Positions 56,452 to 64,000 of a stretch of DNA of 64,000 nt are shown in pieces (the first letter of the stretch is position 1; every line of letters starts with the position of its first letter). The DNA is taken from positions 7,440,001 through 7,504,000 of the forward strand of contig OX597828.1 in assembly GCA_951406725.2 (NCBI GenBank), given 5' to 3'. The notes under the pieces were generated by a model. The model had not been told where the DNA came from. It ran no database searches and saw only the letters and a list, made by a program, of their open reading frames with translations. Both the position numbers and the translations under genes were made by a program. This DNA is from Octopus vulgaris. Its lineage: Eukaryota.

Positions 56452-57375
56452 GAACATATTTACATACTTATACACATCTATAGAGCCTTAGTATATCGTG
56501 ATAAGATTCCACACAGTATGTTCCTATTTCAATTTAAGCAATTCCCTTCAAGTTCTCGATGGCCGAAGGATCGATATCCCGAGAGCGTCAGAGCTCAAAT
56601 AACAAGAACAACTCTCACTCTCATTTTTCTCTCATCTTCGCAATACACGGAACACAACCGTATCGGAATATATTTCTTCATTCGAAAGTTTGCTGTAGAA
56701 TAGTGGTCAGCGTTCTTTTTATATATATATATTATTGCATTTTTGCAAAGTGTCTGCAAATAATAACTATAGCAGAAGGTATAAGGCCCTATCTTACGTA
56801 GCTAAGACGGCATAAAAGACGGCAATATCGACCGCAGTATATTACTGGAAACGCTTTTTCATCGATATGTCGCCTTGTTGGCGTTTGTGTATAGATCACT
56901 CGTTAATGAGAGAGATAGGCATATGATCAAAGACACTCTAACAGTGTCTAGTCCTTCGTCATTTCAAATGCCTTCAGTATTCGGTTGCAACCAATTGTTG
57001 CACTGTATTTGTTTTTCAAAAGATTGAAGGGCCTAATTTAAGACAGCAGATCTGACTGATATTGCTGACTGCCTAGAAGCGCCAGCATTGTTATCCTGAG
57101 ATGAAAAACAATATATACGGTTAATTTGAACATATGATGTTATGTACCAAACAAACCCTGTTATGATGCGCTTCACCCTGCAAGAAAAGGTTCGGTTTGG
57201 GAGGGAGGGCTGTCCAGATTTTAGAATTCTGGATAAATGATCGTTTACTTGCAGTACGAAATTAATCACTTTGCTTCTAGAGAATAAACGATTCACATTG
57301 CGACTGTATGTCTCACTGGTTTTCGGTGTTGTGTATATGTTTCTTATATCATTCTTAAATCATTATATAAAACTA

Positions 57376-57737
57376 CTAGCAGTATCGCCCGGCGTTGCTC
57401 GGGTTTGTAAGGGAAATAACTATAAAGCATTTTTAGAGAGTTATAGCCAAAAAATGGAAAAAATATTATGGTAAATTTTTTTTTTAGTTAAAAAGGTTGA
57501 GTTGCGTCCCCTAGACAGTCTGTGGTTTGTGTTTCTGATTCTCGACCCCATGTCGAATTTATCGATTTTTTTCAGAAGTGGGGGAACTTTTCAAAATTTA
57601 GCTTTGAATTATGACATTGGGCTCTGTGTGTGTCAAGTTTCATCAGAATCAGTTGAAAGCCGTGGTCAGGGTGAAGGTACAAGCTAACAGACACACAGAA
57701 ACACACACAGACAAACTGCCGTTTATATATAGAGAGA
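57376..57737 (-). mobile_element. non-autonomous Helitron
   Basis: Same termini and body as 33100-33482. Confidence 0.85.
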
Positions 57738-58232
57738 TTTATACATTTACCGGAATGGTAAAGCTTGGGACGTGGGACATTAAGCAATTCCATGGTGTAA
57801 TGGAACGCGGTATATCTGGAAGATCTTTTGGTTGTTTGGCAAAATCTCGGAGGAGTAAATTTCGATGATGGCGCTGCTGACACCAGTCGATAATATTTAG
57901 CATGATTCTAGATGTAACTGAGTGTATACGTGTGTGTGTGAAATAATTTACTGTGATACATCCGACTTCAATCGATGATACACACACGTACATATATATA
58001 CATACCTTCATACACACACGCAAGTAACCACATAAAAGCAGCTTCAAGAAATTCTAAAAATTTGTGGAGAGTTAGGGCTTCGAACGAACAAACAACACCA
58101 GAGTAGAAGCACAGACTAAACAATCGACGAATGAAAACTTTAAGAGGTGTTAGGCCAAGACGAAATGTAATGGGTAACGCCTGAGAGAAATTTTGAAAGG
58201 ATATATATATATATATATTCTCTCCATTTTTT

Positions 58233-58397
58233 CTCTCCTTTTTCTCTCTCCTTGTTTTTTTCTGTGTATCTTTCTGTCGAAGAGCGTAGGCTCGAAACGT
58301 AAAAGACTTTTTCTATTCCTGAGCGCTATACTAATACATTTGTTTGTTTGTACTCCACCTGCCTTCGGTTTTTGTTTATTTTCGTATAAATTTCCCT
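58233..58397 (+). mobile_element. minimal-hammerhead element family A
   Basis: UCUUU CUGUCGA A GAGC-guag-GCUC GAAACGUA AAAGA. Confidence 0.68.
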
Positions 58398-59093
58398 TTA
58401 TATATATACACATACATATATGTACATAAACAACTTATAAACAAGGAGAGAAGAAAAAATTCCAATGCCAAATATGCCGAAATATTGACTTAATCGTCAA
58501 TAACCATATAATTTATCACTATAAGCATGCGTCTCGAAAGTAAGCCTATAGAAATTTCTAAAAAATTCGTTATTATCGGATTGGTCCCAATTTCTGAGTT
58601 AATTCATTTAGAATTTTCTCGTCATCGGCGATAAATACGATAAACCTTTAAAGATATTTTTTTAATATGTTGGCCATTGATAAAAATCTTTTCGAAGATT
58701 TTTTATCCTATATTAGATATAAATTTAATACTATTCATATATGTACATATATATAATAAGGGTAACGTAAGATCCAAGGATCTAAGTGTAGGAGGTTTGT
58801 AAGCATCAAAGCTGTCTATGGCAGGTATAGAACCAAAAAGTGGACCATGCTCGTTCAGGAACAATAACAATTTATTGGCGTCGAAGGTTAATTACTTTTT
58901 CCCATAATAAACTTATGGGAAAATTCAGTTAGCTGAAAATTTCTGGATAGCGCAGTTAGCAACTTGAGATGCTATGAATACAAATAAAAGTCGCTTGCTA
59001 GGAAGCTTATGTAGTTTGTATTTTACTTGTTATACTCCCTCAACTTGGATCCATCCATCCCACCATCAGTCCCTCCCTCACTCCCGCCATACA

Positions 59094-59177
<84 letters not shown>

Positions 59178-59180
<3 letters not shown>

Positions 59181-59377
59181 AGAGTTTACGAAAAAACAAA
59201 AGACGAAGACAGGTGGTATACAAAACAAACAGATGTATTAGTATAACGCTCAGGAATAGAAAAAGTCTTTTACGTTTCGAGCCTACGCTCTTCTGCAGAA
59301 AGGGATGCTAGAAAATACAAGGAGAAAAACAAGGAGAGAAAAAAATGTGTGTAGTGGCTAACGATCTATCCTGGTGA
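59178..59377 (-). mobile_element. minimal-hammerhead element family A
   Basis: Minus strand CTTTCTGCAGAAGAGCGTAGGCTCGAAACGTAAAAG; ends at (TA)n. Confidence 0.68.
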
Positions 59378-59536
59378 CATATATATTTATATACATACAT
59401 ACATATACACACAAATATGTAAACTGCTGTTTATATTAATTTTATATATACACAGTAGCGAATCTCTAAATCATTCAATTATTTGAATGATGAAAACATA
59501 TATACTAATGGCGAAGCGAGTCCGAAAATTGCCGAA

Positions 59537-59607
59537 GTCGAATTGTCTTAACTGTTGAGGCAACAGAAATTGCCGCAACTACCGCGTCAATATTAAAAAT
59601 TCTCGAT
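59537..59607 (+). ncRNA. degenerate type I hammerhead (unit 1)
   Basis: CUGUUGA, stem II GGCAA/UUGCC, GCAA instead of GAAA, AUA at the site. Confidence 0.6.
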
Positions 59608-59890
59608 CGACTCTTCAGAAGATTGCAGTCCCCGTTAGTGTATGTGTTTCCATTCATGTGCGTTAACTACAGCGTTTGCGCTGTTTAGTTCTTATTTCTA
59701 GCATTGCGGGTGTTGTCTATCACCCTAGTCGCATTTAGTTACATTTGTAATTCTCCTTTTTGGCAAAACATTGCAAACAGCTGTTTATATCCATTTTATA
59801 TATACACATTAGCGAATTTCTAAATCATCCAATTATTTGGATGATGAAAATATAAATACAAATGGCAAAGCGAGTCCGGAAAAACCTGAA

Positions 59891-59961
59891 GTCGAGCTCT
59901 TTTAACTGATGAGGCAACCGAAATAGCCGAAACTAACGAGTCAGTATTAAGAATTCTCGAT
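59891..59961 (+). ncRNA. type I hammerhead ribozyme with canonical core (unit 2)
   Basis: Stem I UUUUAA/UUAAGA plus distal GUCGAG/CUCGAU; CUGAUGA (59906-59912); stem II GGC/GCC; GAAA; stem III ACU/AGU; GUA site at 59946. Confidence 0.82.
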
Positions 59962-60130
59962 CGGCACTTTTCGGACGATTATGGTCTCTGTTAGTGTAAA
60001 TGTGTTCATTCATGTGCGCTAACTACAGCGGTGTAGCTCTTATTTCTAGCAATGTAAGTGTTTCCTAACACCCTACTCGCATTTAATGAAATTTGTAATT
60101 CTCCTTTTTAGCGAAACATTGCAAACTGCT

Positions 60131-60190
<60 letters not shown>

Positions 60191-60254
60191 ATGAGTTTGT
60201 GTATGTAGGAAGTTTGTGTATGTATATATGAATCATCAGTGGAAGTTGGACATA

Positions 60255-60430
60255 CAGGGTGCGATGCGTAAATTGTAACCATTTTAGCTTTTAGTTTGGC
60301 GCATGTGCATTGTTTGTTTTTCAGTTTGTCGACTGCACAGTATATTAAGGTGCGTTGGGCACCGGCTGTGAGAAAAATTTCAGAGTGTTTCAGCATCAAT
60401 CTGAGGACATGTACCAAGAGTGATAAAAAT
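60255..60430 (+). mobile_element. possible Tc1/mariner terminal fragment
   Basis: TA|CAGGGTG start typical of Tc1/mariner TIRs; no partner end seen. Confidence 0.35.
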
Positions 60431-60647
60431 CAAACATCCAGTCAACGTCATAGTGTTTGCAGTGATCACTTGACAACCGTTGGTGGTTTGTTTACGTCCC
60501 TATAACTTAGCGGTTTGGTTTAAGTAGTAGGTTAGATTCATCCAACTAAAGATTCTTCAAAGCGGTCTAATGAAGGCAGTAGTTTAATGAATGAAACAAG
60601 AAAATGATAAAGATATGTGTATATCGACGCACATGCACAAATATATA

Positions 60648-60698
<51 letters not shown>

Positions 60699-61917
60699 GC
60701 ACACACACACACAAATACACACATTCACGCACACGTGCACATATATACATATATGTTACTGCACGTGCATTCACTTATGTAGATCCGAACCATGTGTGTT
60801 TGTTTCTTTATGAACCATGTGTGCTTGAATTTCTGGTTCTACTTTGTTTTTCTTTTTTAATATTCATTTAGCTGATAGGAACCCGTAAGAGTCCCGAGTA
60901 TATATTTATTTGGTGTATATCTAACTCAGAGTACATAGCATTCAAGTAATTTATATTGTTCTAAGCTATTCAGGTTGAGGGGAGCACGTTCGAAATGTTT
61001 CGGAAAAGAAAAATCAATTCATGATGTATTTTGAGAGATATTTCCAATTTATTGCTCGCAGCTTAGGTTAATCTTAAAACTGTTAATGCTCTCTTTCTGT
61101 ATGTTTCTACGGGCAAAGAAAATTGAATTCACTGACATTTCAAATGAAATTTTCACACCTCATGTCTTAACTAGTCCATCTCTGGGGTATATACAACTAT
61201 GTTAAGTTCAAATATATTATAAGTTGTCCTCCAGCGAAAGAAACTTCTGTTTATGTTTTTAATGTACACCCAGCTGCCAGAAATACATATATTTCCGGGG
61301 TATAATATAATGTGTATTTATTTTAATGCATTTACCTTGTAATGTATTTAATCAAATAACATTATATTAATTTATATTTCTCAGAGAATTTCGGTTATTG
61401 AGATTTTGCGAGAATTTTCCGCAGGAAAATATATTCTTGTCGAATACTTAGAAATATTTATATTATGTGTCTCTACATCTATTAATGGGTCTATGAACTA
61501 CTATAAAGGCATGCATCATACCAATAATATCCTGCCACGCACATTAGCGAAACGTATATATTATAACACTGTAACATATTATGCAACCTGATGAGGTGCA
61601 CTGTGAGTACATTTGATTCCATTATATCGTTCCCCACCTACTAGGGAGAAGTGCAGATGTAAACCGAAACGATCGGAGTGCTAACCCATGTTTACAGTAC
61701 ACTGCCTTCCCTATCAATAATTTCACATATACTAAACGTATACCGACGATTTCCTTATTTAGATCCTACGACTAAAACGCTTTACCATGGATGACGCCTG
61801 GCAGCCGTATGTGATGAACGTGCTCTCAATTCATACTACTATGAACATAGCCAAAGCAAGGTTTGGATGCTACATTTTAAAGTCTCCTGTCTAAATTTTA
61901 ATTTCAAACATAACCTC

Positions 61918-62110
61918 TGTGTGTGTGGCAATTTTTTCCCCTCTGTCTTCTCTTCTCTGGATCTTTCCTTCTCCTATGTTTCCGACGAAGAGCTCCGCTC
62001 GAAACTTTATACCCTCCTTCTTTCCTTCTTTCCTGAGCGTCCAATAATACTATATTTGTTCCACGTCCTCGCGTTGATGTGTTTTTTGTGCTTTCATGTT
62101 TGGATTAACT
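61918..62110 (+). mobile_element. minimal-hammerhead element family B
   Basis: CCGACGAAGAGCTCCGCTCGAAAC; ends TTTGGATTAAC then (TA)n. Confidence 0.65.
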
Positions 62111-62131
62111 ATATATATATATATATATATT

Positions 62132-62476
62132 CTTTTATTCATTTACTTGTTTCAGTCATTTGACTGCGGCCATGCTGGAGCACCACCTTTAGTCGAGCAA
62201 ATCGAACCCAGAACTTATTCTTTGTAAGCCTAGTACTTATTCTATCGGTTTCTTTAGACGTAAACCCACCAGCATCGGTTGGCAAGCGATGTTTGGGGGA
62301 CAGACACAGACACACAAACATATACACACACATACATATATACATATATACAACGGGCTTCTTTCCGTTTCCGTCTACCAAATCCAATCACAAGACTTTG
62401 GTCGAAGTTGAAGACACTGAACCCAGAACCATGTGGTTTGTATGCAAGCTACTTACCACATAGCCACTCCTAAGCC
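62132..62476 (-). mobile_element. CORE-like SINE with internal deletions; another 5' half at 63280-63423
   Basis: Family motifs. Confidence 0.8.
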
Positions 62477-62593
62477 TATATATATATATATAAATGCATA
62501 CTTACATAATGTGATATATGATATAATATACTAGCAAACGCACCCGTCCTTTGATGGTACTTTTTGAACTACCTAGAAAGTTTGAATCCATAT

Positions 62594-62760
62594 AAGAAAG
62601 TCACAGGTAAAAATGTCACAGGAAAAGAAGTCACGGCAATAAGGTTACAGGGGTGGTGTCCGGGAGGGGAGTGTCCGAGCGGGTTTTGTCCTAGGAGTTT
62701 TTTCCGGATCTCATAAATTTATTGTGACTTTTTTTCCTGTGAATTTATTACCGGTCACCG
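62594..62760. repeat. ~14-15-bp AAAAAGTCACAGG-type repeats in inverted orientation (MITE-like remnant)
   Basis: Four GTCAC/GTTAC units at 62594-62650 and inverted TGTGACTTTTTTTCCTGTGA at ~62723. Confidence 0.45.
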
Positions 62761-63204
62761 AAAGGGTTTATGAGTAGCACGGCAATATATGTTTCCAATT
62801 AACCTAGGAAAGGAAAATGAAACTGAAATGCTGGTTATTGTTGAGGTCATTGCACTTTCATGATCATAGAACATGTGAGTTTCCAAGCGATGCAAAGTAG
62901 AGTTCCTGAAGTTTTGCGGGAGTAGATTTCGGATAATGACTACAAAATATAATTGTTTTACATGAAACCGAAATTTCTTGTCAGAAACGGCCACATAAAT
63001 TGTATAAGGAATTTGAAGGAAGATGTTGAAACATCCTCTCTGCAACTTTATTTTATTCAACAGCAAAGGGAGCTATTTTTTCGAAGAGATAAGCTAAGAA
63101 ACGCCCCTTTATTCTGTCTTCCTACATAGCCTGCGCATATACTAACAGCGAATGCTACATAAAGTTAAATTGGTAAGATACGTATAGCTTTCGCTAGTTG
63201 AAAC

Positions 63205-63280
<76 letters not shown>

Positions 63281-63852
63281 GGAATACTTTCAGTTTCCGC
63301 GTACCAAATCCACTCACAAGGGTTTGGTCGACTCGAAGACACTTGTCGAAAGTGCCATTTAGTGGGACTAAACCTGGGACCTTGTTGGGAAGTAAATTTC
63401 TTAGCACACACCAATGCCTGCGCATACATTATATATACGTAATTATATGGATTTCAGCCACGTCACTCCTGAAACGTACAGCAACGCCAGACGCCACCTC
63501 TGTAATTTCGCTGCAAAGAATCTGGAGTATAGACGGTGTGCGTAGTGAGAATTCTCAAGATGGCTGCGCGTCTACGAACCCTATTATTGGGTTTGAGACT
63601 TGCCCATATTAAAAAGATGAAGGGTGAGCAACCACGCACACATACACATTCACACACACACATACATATACGCGTGTTTCCTGGTTTCTGCACATTCTTC
63701 ATTTGCCGTCTAATAAAGCATATTGCATCAAACAAATATATTGGACAATTATACTCTGCAACATGTAATGAGTACGTTTCCTTCCATGTGTTGGACTAGA
63801 TAGATCCGTAATACATTCATTAGGATATAAATTTGTAAACATGTATTTGTGC

Positions 63853-64000
63853 ATGTATGTATGTATGTATGTATGTATGTATGTATGTATGTATGTATGT
63901 ATGTATGAATGTATGTATGATGTATGATGTATGATGTATGTATGTATGTATGTATGTATGTATGTATGTATGTATGAATGTATGTATGATGTATGATGTA
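63853..64000. repeat. (TATG)n / (TATGATG)n repeat
   Basis: Direct observation. Confidence 0.95.

Larger units (their letters stand above)
59421..60138 (+). mobile_element. putative non-LTR retrozyme: two tandem units (354 and 348 bp) plus 16 bp of a third
   Basis: AAACTGCTGTTTATAT-like unit starts at 59421, 59775 and 60123; one hammerhead per unit. Confidence 0.8.

Overview
This is AT-rich, repeat-saturated eukaryotic DNA with no intact protein-coding gene. Almost all track ORFs are translations of (TA)n, (CA)n, (GATA)n or trinucleotide microsatellites. The SINE repertoire (tRNA-Arg-like heads, a CORE-like SINE with an internal microsatellite, a Meta-domain-like SINE) and the microsatellite load suggest an octopus/cephalopod intron or intergenic region; this is inference. 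Recognisable mobile DNA includes many SINEs, four non-autonomous Helitrons, a decayed mariner (36771-38432, -), an RTE-related element and a near-perfect 1.19-kb tandem duplication. The main hidden signal is hammerhead ribozyme (HHR) motifs from several unrelated families. Two ~350-bp tandem repeats carry one type I HHR per unit, the architecture of non-LTR retrozymes that can yield circular RNAs: 20730-21380 (-, with a U3-A8 compensatory core in one copy) and 59421-60138 (+, with a canonical core in one copy and a covarying hairpin). There is also a 64-bp-arm palindrome made of a hammerhead, a tRNA-headed element with a hammerhead and an inverted arm, and two TA-anchored families of minimal Penelope-type HHR elements. 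One SINE appears to build tandem arrays by inserting at a GGTATTT motif that it also carries internally. All folds were derived by eye and none were computed or tested.
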